IMG/VR virus record: IMGVR_UViG_3300043184_000041
Coordinates: 1 to 54,939 of that record
Strand: one strand, 5' to 3'
DNA length: 54,939 nucleotides
Origin: a virus
Taxonomy: Duplodnaviria > Caudoviricetes
A program made the position numbers and the translations under genes. The notes beneath the pieces are model-generated. The model had not been told where the DNA came from, did not search any database, and saw only the letters and a list, made by a program, of their open reading frames with translations. Below are positions 45,223 to 54,939 of this stretch, one piece after another; position 1 is the first letter of the stretch, and every line of letters begins with the position of its first letter.

Positions 45223-48177
45223 ATGTACCGCCTCGGCATTGAAACGGCTTCGGGGGTCGAAGAACGCTCCCTGATCCGTCCTAGCGCTGACGACCCCAAG
45301 ATTGCCAACACGGCCATCCTGCGCGCCGGCTTCGAGCCCAGCGAGTGGTGGATGCTGGTAGACGGTCGCACCTACAAGCGGATGGTGCTGTCGTCCAACA
45401 AGCATTACCTGACGCTCCCCCTTGTCGCCGGCCCCGGTCTCAAGCAGGTCTACCCCAACGGACCCAACGACCTGCCGGCGATCATCACCTACCAGAACCT
45501 CGTCTTCGTCGGCGCGTCGTCTATCGACGAGTCCGGCAAGAACGGCTTCCAATCCCTCTCCGAATCGCTAGCGGTCAACGACGCGCAGAAAATCCTGCTG
45601 AAGATGTCCGACCTACGGCACGTCTTCAAGACACAGACAACCGTCAACAAGTCTTACAACCTGCTCGAACGAGTAGAGTACGACTCGGCCGCCGACACCC
45701 AAGCCCTTCGCTTCTACGAACACTCCACCAACAGCGGCACACGCTGGACTTGGCAGACGGTTCTCGACGACTTAGTAAGCCTACTTCCCGACGCCTACAC
45801 ACTCGTCGGCGGTAGTGTCACCCCTCTCGACACAACACACTTCGCGCAAGCCCCCGTCGAGCCCGAAGAAGGGGAAGGGACAGCAGGGGGCGTCAACAAG
45901 GACCAGCTCTGGCGGGGGCCCATCAACCTACGCTTCTACGGCGTCAGCGTGTGGGAAGCCATCTGCCAAGTGCTCCACGCCACCGGCAACACCATCTGCC
46001 CCAAGGAAGACGGCACCTTCCTGGTCGTTCCTTGCGGAGCCGCCACCAACCACGCCAACCCCAAGACGCTCACCGAAGTTCTCAACGGCGACTCCGACCG
46101 CTTTCCCGGTTCAGACACCGACGCGGGAAAGATTGCCGCATCCGCCCGCCTGCTGTCCGCCATCAACCGCCGCCGCTCCTACCCCGTCCCCGAGAAGTAC
46201 GTCGTTTTCTTCCAGAGAACTCGGCCGCAGGTCGGGGGCAGCAGCGACCCTAAATCCCCCCAAGAGATACACGACAAGGGGCCCTACTCTGTCGAGATAA
46301 CGACCAGCGAACGGCTGATCGATCTTGACTCGCGCGGCATCTCCCTGATCCCTTACGCATCCGTCCGCACGGGGACTAAGCAGCCCCTCCACGCGACAGG
46401 CTTTGCTTGGTGGCGGGCCTACGAAAGCGGCTTCACCAACAAGGGGGACACGCTCGCTCAAGAACTGGCCGAAGAACTGGTTGACCGCAAGCTCCAAGCC
46501 GAGCTAGGGGACCAGTTCAGCGTCGAGCTAGCGATGTTCCCTCCCTACTTCGCCGACGTAGACTTTCCACGCATCGACCTCGACTTCGGCCGTCGTCCCC
46601 GCACCGTCTTTCACGGCACGCACAACCCCTACCAGACGCTCGACGACTACCGCCCCGCTCAAGACGAACTAGTCAACTGGCTGGTGGAACTCCCCGAAGC
46701 CCGTTGGGCGATGGTGGAGTCATCGAGCAGCGTCGCCAAGTACGCTGTAGGCACCGGCCCCGCCGTCTACCGCAACCGTGGTGACGCAGAAGGCGCATCG
46801 TGGCAGTCACTAGGAACCATCTCGTTCCTCAACGCCACCGAAGAAACCATTGGGGTCGGCAAACGCTTCCGGGTGGACTACGACTACTGGTCCGACATCT
46901 GGGTAGCGGCAGCAGCCCCGGCAAGCTCGAACGACGCTGGTGGCGGCGGTGGGGGTGAAGACCACCCACACTTCGTTGCAGTCGCCTACGAAGCCGCCGA
47001 CCCGACCGACCCCTACATCACGATCAACTCGTTTGTTCGTGAGTACATCGGGATGGACCCGCTCGGTGCTCCCCCCGTCGTCGTAGGCAACCCGCACGGC
47101 CTGAAAGTCCCTGAAGGGGTTGGCATCCTCTGCACCCCTTGGAACCAACCGGCCATCCTCGACTGGGCCCCGTCAACCGCGTACACAGCAGGCGATAAGC
47201 GGAAAGCCGACCGCTCCGACATCGCCGGCACCCTGGTAGAAATCTACACCAGCAACAGCAGCCGCACGTCCTTCGCCGGCACGTTCAACGCGAGCGAAGC
47301 GGCCAACTGGACCAAGATTGGCGCCTACGAAGCCGACGCCGCTTGGAAAGCGGTGATGGTGGAAGGGAGTGGCGACCACCTGTTAATCGCCAAGGTGACA
47401 TCTGGCTTTGTCAGCCTGACATCGAGTTTCGGCGTTGACGACGTGAGCGTGCTGGTAGGCCCCCCCTTAGCCGTGGGGGTGACCGACGCCCTCGACAACG
47501 GCTTCGCCCCCGAGATCGACGACCTAGTCTTCCTCAAGCCGACGGGCATCCCCGACGAGTGGAAGATCGTCTACGTCATCACGGCGTCGAACGGTTCCGA
47601 CAACACCAAAGTTGTTCGCATCAAGTCGAACACGATGTCGAGCGTATCAGCGGGCGACGACGCACTGAGCGTAGCCACCATCAGCGGCGTCGGAAAAGTA
47701 TTCAAGGCCGACCTGTTGACGTGGAGCGGCACGGCGTGGAGCGTCGGCGCCGAAGTCCGCGTCTTGCTCTCTCCCGCCAAAGCAGGATCGACTCCCAAAG
47801 CCAATCATCACCAAGTCCTGCTGAGCCAGTTCATCGGGGTACGCACCGAATCGAGTGTTGACTACGACCTGTACGCAGCGGGTGAATCGGGCGCTAGTGG
47901 GGCGGTCACTCCCTGCTGGATCACCACGGGGGCGGCCAAGGCGACCACCTCGGGCACCACGATTACCTGCACAACGGCAACCGTGTACCTCGACACGATT
48001 GGGTCAAGCGACGCCCAGCGCGTACCCGCGTCCGCAGGAGAGACGGCTTACTGGGACGACCCCGCATCGGCCATCCAGATTGCTTCCGGCAAAGCACGCC
48101 GGGGCTACGTCGTCCGTACGTCACTCGGCACGCTCGACATCCTTTGGGTCGGCTGCAAGGAATACACCTGGAGCTAG
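45223..48177 (+). CDS. Large tail tip/hub-like virion protein
   Basis: About 984 aa; TWQTVLDDL...NLRFYGVSVWEAICQVL hub-like segment; WAPSTAYTAGD module. Confidence 0.55.
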   Translation: MYRLGIETASGVEERSLIRPSADDPKIANTAILRAGFEPSEWWMLVDGRTYKRMVLSSNKHYLTLPLVAGPGLKQVYPNGPNDLPAIITYQNLVFVGASSIDESGKNGFQSLSESLAVNDAQKILLKMSDLRHVFKTQTTVNKSYNLLERVEYDSAADTQALRFYEHSTNSGTRWTWQTVLDDLVSLLPDAYTLVGGSVTPLDTTHFAQAPVEPEEGEGTAGGVNKDQLWRGPINLRFYGVSVWEAICQVLHATGNTICPKEDGTFLVVPCGAATNHANPKTLTEVLNGDSDRFPGSDTDAGKIAASARLLSAINRRRSYPVPEKYVVFFQRTRPQVGGSSDPKSPQEIHDKGPYSVEITTSERLIDLDSRGISLIPYASVRTGTKQPLHATGFAWWRAYESGFTNKGDTLAQELAEELVDRKLQAELGDQFSVELAMFPPYFADVDFPRIDLDFGRRPRTVFHGTHNPYQTLDDYRPAQDELVNWLVELPEARWAMVESSSSVAKYAVGTGPAVYRNRGDAEGASWQSLGTISFLNATEETIGVGKRFRVDYDYWSDIWVAAAAPASSNDAGGGGGGEDHPHFVAVAYEAADPTDPYITINSFVREYIGMDPLGAPPVVVGNPHGLKVPEGVGILCTPWNQPAILDWAPSTAYTAGDKRKADRSDIAGTLVEIYTSNSSRTSFAGTFNASEAANWTKIGAYEADAAWKAVMVEGSGDHLLIAKVTSGFVSLTSSFGVDDVSVLVGPPLAVGVTDALDNGFAPEIDDLVFLKPTGIPDEWKIVYVITASNGSDNTKVVRIKSNTMSSVSAGDDALSVATISGVGKVFKADLLTWSGTAWSVGAEVRVLLSPAKAGSTPKANHHQVLLSQFIGVRTESSVDYDLYAAGESGASGAVTPCWITTGAAKATTSGTTITCTTATVYLDTIGSSDAQRVPASAGETAYWDDPASAIQIASGKARRGYVVRTSLGTLDILWVGCKEYTWS

Positions 48178-48180
48178 GCA

Positions 48181-50043
48181 ATGGGGCAGCAAGGGCGCGG
48201 GCGCCGGTATAGCGTCGTCGAAACCGACAACGGGGCCACCAGCCTGTACGGCTGGGTTGGGGGTGGCGGTAGCTGCGCATGCGGACTGACGCTGACTCGC
48301 GTCCCTATGTTTATCGAAATCCCCGAGCCGCCGCCCGACCTTATCAACGAGGACTACCCCCACGCATCCTACCAGCGAGACGAAATCCGTAAGAGAGTGC
48401 TTGCACAGAACACGCTGCGGGCGACGCTAGAGCCAATCGAGGAAGGGGGCGTGACCTACGTCCCGCACTCGGTCGCCGGCTCTCAGTTCGCCAACGGCGC
48501 GGCGATGGAGCCCGCGCAGCGCAACGGCGTGTGGTATCAGATCAACTACATCCCCCAAGGCTCGTGCAATACCGACGACTTGGTGGCCGGGCTCGCTTAC
48601 GTCCGCACGCACAAGACGACCAAGGGCGAGCAAGAATCCGCCGCCGACCGAGAAGACGCCATTTTCGAGCTGGAGGCCGCGTGGCTTATCAAGGAACCGG
48701 CCGGCGACTTCATCAAATGGGACGAAGAGTGGAAGCTCTGCCACCATTACGACTGCGGCGTTCCGGCCCGCAAAACGCTTGTCGGCCCTGAGCATTTCGT
48801 TTGGCAAATTCGCCGCGGCAACTACGCTTCGGACGGAACCGTAACGGCTAACTTCGACACGAACACGCTTGTCGTGTGGGGCTACAACCAAGCAACGCCC
48901 ACGGTCTACACCTGGACTAACCCAGAGCGTAGCGCCCGCGTTTCGGAGAACAGCACGTTCTCGGCCCTCTACTTCGACGCGCACGCCTTCCCCTACGCGC
49001 TCTGGACAAAGCTCGAAGAAGAGACGTTCCCCTTCTCGGAGTTTCCCGACGACCTGGGGGACATTACTCGCCGGTTCCGCTGCGCGAAGGCGACGCTCGG
49101 AAATCCGCCTACCGTCAACGAGCAGTTAGCGTCGAATCACGGGATGATGGTCCGCAACGTCCGACGGCCGTTTTCGTCCGACCCACCGATCACGGCGGCA
49201 ATGGTTCACACTTACTGCTACGACATCGGGTTTTACGGGCACGTAATCCCCGACGTGCCCACGAACGATCCGCCACCGAACGACACGGAGAAGCCGTTCA
49301 AGCACCCTGAAACGTACGGCGCCGAAGCAGCAATCGTTCCCAACAGCAACTACGACTGGGGTTGTGATTACATCCTCGGCCGGCAAACGTCCAACTACGG
49401 TGCGTCTGCGTCAGACATTTGTAATACGTTCGACTGCTTCTTCGGTGTGAGCAGTCACCTCAACCGCTCCAACGAAACGCTCTCGGCCAAAGCGAGAGAC
49501 ACGCCGGGCACGGTACACGCCCCCTCAGTAGGAGAAGCGGCGAGAATCTACCCATGCCGCACAGCAGCGAGGCACGCAGCGCGGGGGATAGACAACTCAG
49601 GCGTGGCAATCCACTTGATTCTTGCCGACCCAAGCGGCCCGACGCCGGCGCAATGCAACGCTTTTCTTCACAGCTTGGTGGTAGGCGTGATAAGCCCGTC
49701 CGCGGGAGTGACGCTGGACGCCGACGAGACGATGGTCTGTCAGTTCTCAGGGCTCAACGCGCAAGTGCCTATCAGCGCCGGCGACACCCGCTTCGGCTTT
49801 GCCTTGTTCCAACGCGCTACGATTGACGTAGGCGATGAACGGGGAGAGATCACTGATTGGTTTAGCAACTACGACGCCGCGTTGGCGGCAGTACCGACAT
49901 ACAACGCGATCCATCCCGAGACGGCGGGCGAGTATTGGTCAATCCCGCTCGGCCAGTGGTACGCGAACGGCGACCCGGCGCCGCGAGCGGGCATATTAGC
50001 TTACAGTGGCCAAGCCGACGACTTGATTGACTACGCTAACTAA
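48181..50043 (+). CDS. Putative virion/receptor-binding protein
   Basis: 620-aa ORF at the end of the tail module; less biased codon usage. Confidence 0.5.
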   Translation: MGQQGRGRRYSVVETDNGATSLYGWVGGGGSCACGLTLTRVPMFIEIPEPPPDLINEDYPHASYQRDEIRKRVLAQNTLRATLEPIEEGGVTYVPHSVAGSQFANGAAMEPAQRNGVWYQINYIPQGSCNTDDLVAGLAYVRTHKTTKGEQESAADREDAIFELEAAWLIKEPAGDFIKWDEEWKLCHHYDCGVPARKTLVGPEHFVWQIRRGNYASDGTVTANFDTNTLVVWGYNQATPTVYTWTNPERSARVSENSTFSALYFDAHAFPYALWTKLEEETFPFSEFPDDLGDITRRFRCAKATLGNPPTVNEQLASNHGMMVRNVRRPFSSDPPITAAMVHTYCYDIGFYGHVIPDVPTNDPPPNDTEKPFKHPETYGAEAAIVPNSNYDWGCDYILGRQTSNYGASASDICNTFDCFFGVSSHLNRSNETLSAKARDTPGTVHAPSVGEAARIYPCRTAARHAARGIDNSGVAIHLILADPSGPTPAQCNAFLHSLVVGVISPSAGVTLDADETMVCQFSGLNAQVPISAGDTRFGFALFQRATIDVGDERGEITDWFSNYDAALAAVPTYNAIHPETAGEYWSIPLGQWYANGDPAPRAGILAYSGQADDLIDYAN

Positions 50044-50063
50044 CCCTAACCCCAACAATAACC

Positions 50064-50561
50064 ATGAAACCAGCACGCAAGACATTCCTGTACGTCTTTT
50101 GCCACCTGCTGGCCCGCAACGAACTGTTGTATAGCAGCGGCAAGAAGCCGATGACGGACGAAATCCTGCTCATCGAACTGAGCAACTTCGACTTCGGCCG
50201 CAAGGTCCGCCGCGTCGAACAACTGATCGACCCCCAATCGGTCAACGTGACCATCGCCAAGCTGCGTGGCCAGTTCAACCGGGGGGAACTCCACCAGGGA
50301 AGCACAACCACCCCTCCAAACTTTTTCTCGTTCCGCTACTCGGAAGAAGGAAAAAGATTAGGGGCCCGTGGAATCCTCTTGTCACCCGAAGAACAGAACG
50401 ATATGATCGCCCGCTTCCAGTCCCACCGAGACAAGTGGCACCGCAAACGTCTCGACCGAGCCAAGGGGGAAGCGTGCGAACCAAAGTTCCTGCTAAGATC
50501 GCCCCGATCGTCCGTGATTGGGCCAAGTGCCAGCGATGCCCACTCTGCCGGGACCGGATGA
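50064..50561 (+). CDS. Hypothetical protein
   Basis: ORF; codon usage. Confidence 0.55.
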   Translation: MKPARKTFLYVFCHLLARNELLYSSGKKPMTDEILLIELSNFDFGRKVRRVEQLIDPQSVNVTIAKLRGQFNRGELHQGSTTTPPNFFSFRYSEEGKRLGARGILLSPEEQNDMIARFQSHRDKWHRKRLDRAKGEACEPKFLLRSPRSSVIGPSASDAHSAGTG

Positions 50562-51055
50562 AGGTCGTCCAGTATCGTGGAGCCGACAAGCCCGAAATAC
50601 TTTTCGTGGGAGAGGCCCCCGGAAAGACCGAGAACATCCTGGGCGTCCCCTTCATCGGTCCTTCCGGCCAGCTCGTCGAACTGCTGATCGAAGAAGCCGC
50701 CGCCGACCTAGCCGGCAGACTCCGCTACGGCTTCATCAACGTCTTGGGCTGTGTCCCCTACGCCGACCGCGACAACAAAGCATCCGGCGGCGTCCGCCCC
50801 CCGTCACCCCAAGAAGTGGCCGCCTGTTCACCACGTCTTGAAGCCCTGTTCGCCGCCTTCCAGCCCCGTGGCGTCGTCTTCCTCGGCAAGACGGCAGCCG
50901 CCCAACGGAAGCACCTCGGCTCTTTTCTTCCAGAGAAAGTGCTGGAGCTACAGCACCCTGCTTACGTCTTAAGGAACGGCGGCAGGATGTCTGTCCCCGG
51001 CGCTACGTTCGTCTGCAATCTCTCGACTTGGCTCAAGGACTTGCGCAATGGCTAA
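50474..51055 (+). CDS. Family 4 uracil-DNA glycosylase-like protein
   Basis: CQRCPLC, FVGEAPG, GVPFIGPSG, HPAY. GTG start assumed. Confidence 0.88.
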   Translation: MRTKVPAKIAPIVRDWAKCQRCPLCRDRMKVVQYRGADKPEILFVGEAPGKTENILGVPFIGPSGQLVELLIEEAAADLAGRLRYGFINVLGCVPYADRDNKASGGVRPPSPQEVAACSPRLEALFAAFQPRGVVFLGKTAAAQRKHLGSFLPEKVLELQHPAYVLRNGGRMSVPGATFVCNLSTWLKDLRNG

Positions 51056-52034
51056 GAAGAAAGCCGTCCGTCGAGCGGCCCGCAAACTGCTCTGGACCCC
51101 CGCGATGGGCCTGACCGTTTCGGCCATGAAGCTCTGGAGCACCTGCCGCGAGCAGTTCGCCCTCAAGTACATCGACGGCTGGGCATCCCGCAAGGCGTCG
51201 GTCCCCATTGTCTACGGCAGTCTCTGGCACCTAGCGCAAGAACACCAAGGCACGTCTACCCCCTGGAAAGGGATTGACGCCTACCTGAAGGACTTCAAGA
51301 AGAACGGCGACAGCCACGCCATCCGCGACGTGGAGTTCATGATCGCCCAGATTAAGACCCTCTTCCCGCTCTACGCCGCGCACTACAAGACTCAAGACAG
51401 CTCCATCAAATGGACCCGCCGAGAAGCCGTCTTCCTGCAACCCTTGCGTGTGCTCGGCGAACAACTCCCTATTGCCGGCCGACGTGACGGCGAGTTCCGC
51501 ACCGCCAAGGGCACCCTCGGCCTCTTCGAGACAAAGACCAAGAGCAACATCGACCGCAAGGCTATCGCCGACCTACTCCGCTCCGACCTGCAAACACTCG
51601 TCTACTGCTGGTCCATGTGGAGGGAGTACAACGAAGCACCCGGCCTGATCCTCTACAACGTCGTCAAACGGCCCTCTCTCCGACAGACCCAAGGCGAGAC
51701 CCAACAAGCCTACCTGATCCGGCTGGCCAACGACTGCCGCCGCAAGCCCGACAACTACTTCCTTCGGTGGCAAGTCCAGATCACCAAGGACGACATGGCC
51801 CGCTTCGAGACCGAACAACTGGTTCCCATCTGCCAAGCCTTCCTGACTTGGTGGCGGGAGGTCCATCGAGCCCCTTTTCTTCCAGAAAGAAGCGACGGCC
51901 GCCACCCGTCTCACTTCACAAACTTGCCCGCATTGGTGACGCCCTACGGCAAGGCCGACCTGTACGACTTAATCGTGTTAGGGTTACGGGCCCCCTACTT
52001 CCAGCGTTCCTCAGCCCACAGCGAGTTAGTATAG
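51048..52034 (+). CDS. PD-(D/E)XK exonuclease (RecB/Cas4-like)
   Basis: SAMKLWSTC, GSLWH, GRRDG, FETKT, QTLVY. Confidence 0.82.
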   Translation: MAKKKAVRRAARKLLWTPAMGLTVSAMKLWSTCREQFALKYIDGWASRKASVPIVYGSLWHLAQEHQGTSTPWKGIDAYLKDFKKNGDSHAIRDVEFMIAQIKTLFPLYAAHYKTQDSSIKWTRREAVFLQPLRVLGEQLPIAGRRDGEFRTAKGTLGLFETKTKSNIDRKAIADLLRSDLQTLVYCWSMWREYNEAPGLILYNVVKRPSLRQTQGETQQAYLIRLANDCRRKPDNYFLRWQVQITKDDMARFETEQLVPICQAFLTWWREVHRAPFLPERSDGRHPSHFTNLPALVTPYGKADLYDLIVLGLRAPYFQRSSAHSELV

Positions 52035-52049
52035 TTCCGTCTACCCCCC

Positions 52050-52077
52050 TTGACACGCCTTAGCCTTCCGCTAGAAT
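52050..52077 (+). promoter_or_regulatory. Putative sigma70-type promoter
   Basis: TTGACA-16 bp-TAGAAT. Confidence 0.6.
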
Positions 52078-52120
52078 ACGGCCCTACTCGCTTCACCACC
52101 CGCCAACCCCCTTGCTGTCC

Positions 52121-53026
52121 ATGCCCACTCCCGTCAAGCTGTCGCTCCCGACGAAGTTCATCGAGCCCCACGAGTTCTTCTTCATGCAGCCTGTCTGCAT
52201 CTACGGCCGGAAGGGCATCGGCAAGACAACCGCCGCAATGGCCATTCAGTGGATGCTCGACGACCACTACGGCAAGGGGAAGAAGACGGTCCTGAACTTC
52301 CGCTTCGAGCCCGGCCGTCGCAACCTCCGCATCCTGCAAGTCCCCACCGAGACGAACCGCCGTCTCACCTGGGCCACGTTCAAGGACTACCTGGAACTCT
52401 TCTGCGAAGACGACAACCGCGTTGTGGCCGTGATCGACTCTATCGACAAGGCTTACGACGCTTGCTTCGAGCACGTCTGCGCAAAGCACAACGTCGATCA
52501 CCCCAAGGACGCCAAGCGTGACGCGCCGGCTATCTGGGACGCCATCAAGATCGAATTCGAGACCGTCTTCCAGGCCCTCAACGAGTGTGGCAAGTCCTTC
52601 GTGGCCCTCTCCCACGAAAAGATCAAGACCGAAGAGATGGCCGACGGCACCGAGTACGAACGCTTCGACTTGTCCTGCAAGCCGGCCGCCGCCAAGGTGG
52701 TCAAGGACATGTGCGAGTTCGTGATCTACTACGGCTACTCGGGCGTGCCGGAAGAGAAGGCCAAGGGAGCCCAACGCACCATGACCATCCGCAACCATGA
52801 CAACGTCGTGGAATGCGCCTGCGGTCGGGACGACGTGTTCCTGCAACCCGACGGCGAACCCCTCTTCCAGTTCGCTGTTCCCCACGACCCAATGGAAGTC
52901 GGCAAGGCCCTCCAGGCGGCGTACAACAACGAGCTGTACGACTTCAACCGCGACCTGGACGCCGAAGCAGCAGCAGCCGCCGCACGCAAGCGACAGGCCG
53001 CCAAGAAGACTGCCAAGGCCAAGTAG
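52121..53026 (+). CDS. AAA_24/Sak4-like ATPase (recombination)
   Basis: IYGRKGIGKTT, AVIDSID, VALSHEK; lies between the nuclease and SSB-like genes. Confidence 0.8.
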   Translation: MPTPVKLSLPTKFIEPHEFFFMQPVCIYGRKGIGKTTAAMAIQWMLDDHYGKGKKTVLNFRFEPGRRNLRILQVPTETNRRLTWATFKDYLELFCEDDNRVVAVIDSIDKAYDACFEHVCAKHNVDHPKDAKRDAPAIWDAIKIEFETVFQALNECGKSFVALSHEKIKTEEMADGTEYERFDLSCKPAAAKVVKDMCEFVIYYGYSGVPEEKAKGAQRTMTIRNHDNVVECACGRDDVFLQPDGEPLFQFAVPHDPMEVGKALQAAYNNELYDFNRDLDAEAAAAAARKRQAAKKTAKAK

Positions 53027-53106
53027 TTCTCTATCTCTTTGCCCTGTAGCTGTCCGTCGTCCGACAGGGCTATCACTCACCTGGACGACGCCCCTAGGAG
53101 ATTGTT

Positions 53107-53886
53107 ATGTCCAAGTTTCTCGCTGCCTTTGAGAAGAAGGCCAAGGAGCACTATGCCGACGCCCGCGAAGCCGAGCCCGGCAGCAACCGCATCCGCATGA
53201 ACCCCGGCAGCTACGTCGGCGTCCTGACGATGGAAGGCGAAGTGATCGCGACGGGGACGATGAAAGGCGTTCCCCAACTGATCGAGACCATCACCGTCGA
53301 TGAAGGCGAGTACGTTGGCGCCTCGGTCGCCAAGAAGTTCACCTTCTCAGAAGACTACGGCGACCGGGCATTCACCCAGCTCGTCAAGCGTCTCAAGACC
53401 CTGTTCCCCGAAGACTCGGCCGACCTGTCGCAGTTCGACGAAGCCGGCATCAAGGAGTACATCGGGGACAAGCTGGGCGAAGAGTACCGCGTCCAGTTCT
53501 CGGTGATCGACACCGAGATCGAAGAGAAGGACGGCCCGGACAAGGGCAAGAAGAAGTCGCTGCGATACTACGACGTGGACTGCCGCGTGGCCGACGCCGA
53601 AGCCCCCAAGGCAGCCAAGGGCAAGGCCAAGCCGGCAAAGGCCGCCGAGCCCGAACCGGAAGCCGAAGAGGAAGCGGTCGAAGAAGAGGCGGCCGAAGAC
53701 TGGACGCCCACCAAGGGCGACATCGTCCTTTACAAGCCGCCGGGCAAGCGTCGCTCCTTGGAGTACACGGTGCTGACCGTCAACAAGACGAAGCAGACCG
53801 TGACCCTCAAGGACGACGACGGCGAGAAGCTGAGCGACGTGGAGTTCGACAAGCTCGAACCCATCGAAGAGTCCGAAGAAGAGTGA
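53107..53886 (+). CDS. Putative ssDNA-binding protein (DUF669-like) with acidic linker and SH3-like C-domain
   Basis: PGSY...GEYVG pattern; acidic tail; SD AGGAG; gene context. Confidence 0.6.
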   Translation: MSKFLAAFEKKAKEHYADAREAEPGSNRIRMNPGSYVGVLTMEGEVIATGTMKGVPQLIETITVDEGEYVGASVAKKFTFSEDYGDRAFTQLVKRLKTLFPEDSADLSQFDEAGIKEYIGDKLGEEYRVQFSVIDTEIEEKDGPDKGKKKSLRYYDVDCRVADAEAPKAAKGKAKPAKAAEPEPEAEEEAVEEEAAEDWTPTKGDIVLYKPPGKRRSLEYTVLTVNKTKQTVTLKDDDGEKLSDVEFDKLEPIEESEEE

Positions 53887-53892
53887 GCTAGT

Positions 53893-53955
53893 CGGACCCG
53901 CAAGGGGCCGTTGAGGGAACCCCGGACGGTGGTTTGACAGCGCCGCCGTCCGGGG
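53893..53955 (+). other. Two GC-rich hairpins upstream of the polymerase gene
   Basis: CGGACCC-GCAA-GGGGCCG and CCCCGGACGGTGG...CGCCGCCGTCCGGGG. Confidence 0.5.
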
Positions 53956-54003
53956 AACCCATCCTGACAACCCAGCTAATCACCAAATCCAAGGACGGTT
54001 ACG

Positions 54004-54939
54004 GTGTACATCTCCGTTGACACAGAGACGACGGGGCTGCATATCCGCCACGGTTGCCGGCCGTTCTTCGTGTCAACCTGGGCAGAGGGGGGAAGGGGGC
54101 AGGCTATCGGCCAACCCTGGTCCAAGGGCTTACCGGGAACCAGCAAGAACTGGTCCTGGTTCATCAACCCTAAGACCAGACTCCCTTCCCCCCGAAGCCT
54201 ACTCTTTCAACAAGCCCTAGACTCTCTAGCGGCTTACCTGGAAGGCCACTCCCTGGTCTTCTTCAACACCCCCTTCGACTTACTGGCCCTCGCCTCGGTG
54301 GGCCTGTACTTCGACTTCGCCTCGGTGGGCGGCAAGCCCTGGTCATCGACCACGCTCTACGACTGCGCCCGCCCCGGCTACCGCCGCACCCTCTGTGCGC
54401 CTCTGCACCGCGTCCAGTGCGACGAGCTGCACGACGTAGCCGTTCTGGCCCACGCCCGTGACAACAAGCGTCCCAAGCCCCCTGCGGGCCTCAAGGACTG
54501 CGCCACCTACTACCTGATGATTCCCAGCGACGACGAGAAGCTGCTCCACCAACACACGCTCCAGGCCCGCCAACAAGCCGCCCGAGACGGCTACCCCACC
54601 GCCATCAACCCCCAGGGCAAATCCGAAGTAGCCGCCGACTTCAATCTTTCTTTTCAGAGAAATGGAGAGGCCCTAGAAAAGTACGCCTCTCTCGACGCTT
54701 ACCGCACGCTGGCCCTGTTCGCCATGCTGCGCGAGATGACCCCCAAGGGCATCAAGGGCGCATCGACCAAGGACAAGAACTGGCAAGGCTACCAGCGGCA
54801 GATGGCCGTGCTCCCCTGCGCAATGGTCATGTCCTCCCAAGGCGTGCGTCTCAAGCAAGAACAGATCGACTTCAACAGCCCCGATTCCTTAGTGACCCAA
54901 CTGAGACGTAAGTACCTTTCTGAAAAGAAATCAGCAGAG
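54004..54939 (+). CDS. polA: Family A DNA polymerase, N-terminal 3'-5' exonuclease part (not in the ORF track; about 790 aa in total)
   Basis: Hand translation from GTG 54004: ExoI VDTETTGL, ExoII FFNTPFDL, ExoIII YASLD. Open into the MAVLPCAM at 54802, which equals position 11. Confidence 0.92.
   Translation, partial: MYISVDTETTGLHIRHGCRPFFVSTWAEGGRGQAIGQPWSKGLPGTSKNWSWFINPKTRLPSPRSLLFQQALDSLAAYLEGHSLVFFNTPFDLLALASVGLYFDFASVGGKPWSSTTLYDCARPGYRRTLCAPLHRVQCDELHDVAVLAHARDNKRPKPPAGLKDCATYYLMIPSDDEKLLHQHTLQARQQAARDGYPTAINPQGKSEVAADFNLSFQRNGEALEKYASLDAYRTLALFAMLREMTPKGIKGASTKDKNWQGYQRQMAVLPCAMVMSSQGVRLKQEQIDFNSPDSLVTQLRRKYLSEKKSAE

Noticed and set aside
45223-50043. Diversity-generating retroelement target or invertible tail fibre
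   Set aside because: No reverse transcriptase, invertase or template/variable repeat pair was seen.

Overview
This window appears to be a complete, circularly permuted, GC-rich tailed dsDNA phage genome. The unit length is about 54,791 bp, because bases 1-148 repeat at 54792-54939 with one synonymous mismatch. Modules: (1) replication and recombination, about 50.5 kb through the junction to 7.9 kb: family-4 UDG, PD-(D/E)XK nuclease, AAA ATPase, SSB-like protein, a family A DNA polymerase that spans the junction, a primase-helicase and a UvrD-like helicase. (2) Accessory and regulatory genes: tRNA-Glu, a CsrA homologue, several HTH/RHH proteins, a DNA methylase, an HNH protein and a macrodomain. 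(3) A compositionally distinct putative early region at 10.9-13.7 kb. (4) Packaging: a TerS-like gene, and a TerL that is the only minus-strand gene and carries a class-3-type intein. (5) Mu-like head and neck genes and siphovirus-like tail genes in a scrambled order. (6) A membrane/secreted-protein block with a papain-like protease and a Tad1-like protein but no recognisable endolysin. I found no integrase, transposase, CRISPR array or reverse transcriptase. A Planctomycetota-like host is a tentative inference. The most striking unexplained signal is a genome-wide dispersed AT-rich motif family. Motif A is TTTCTTTTCAGAGAA(A), with 7 exact 15-mers spaced mostly 6-8 kb apart plus about 10 variants, some inside CDSs. 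Motif B is GAATACTTTTC, with 7 intergenic copies. The two share the core CTTTTC(AG) and bracket two small DNA-binding protein genes. All calls come from reading motifs by eye; no database searches were run.
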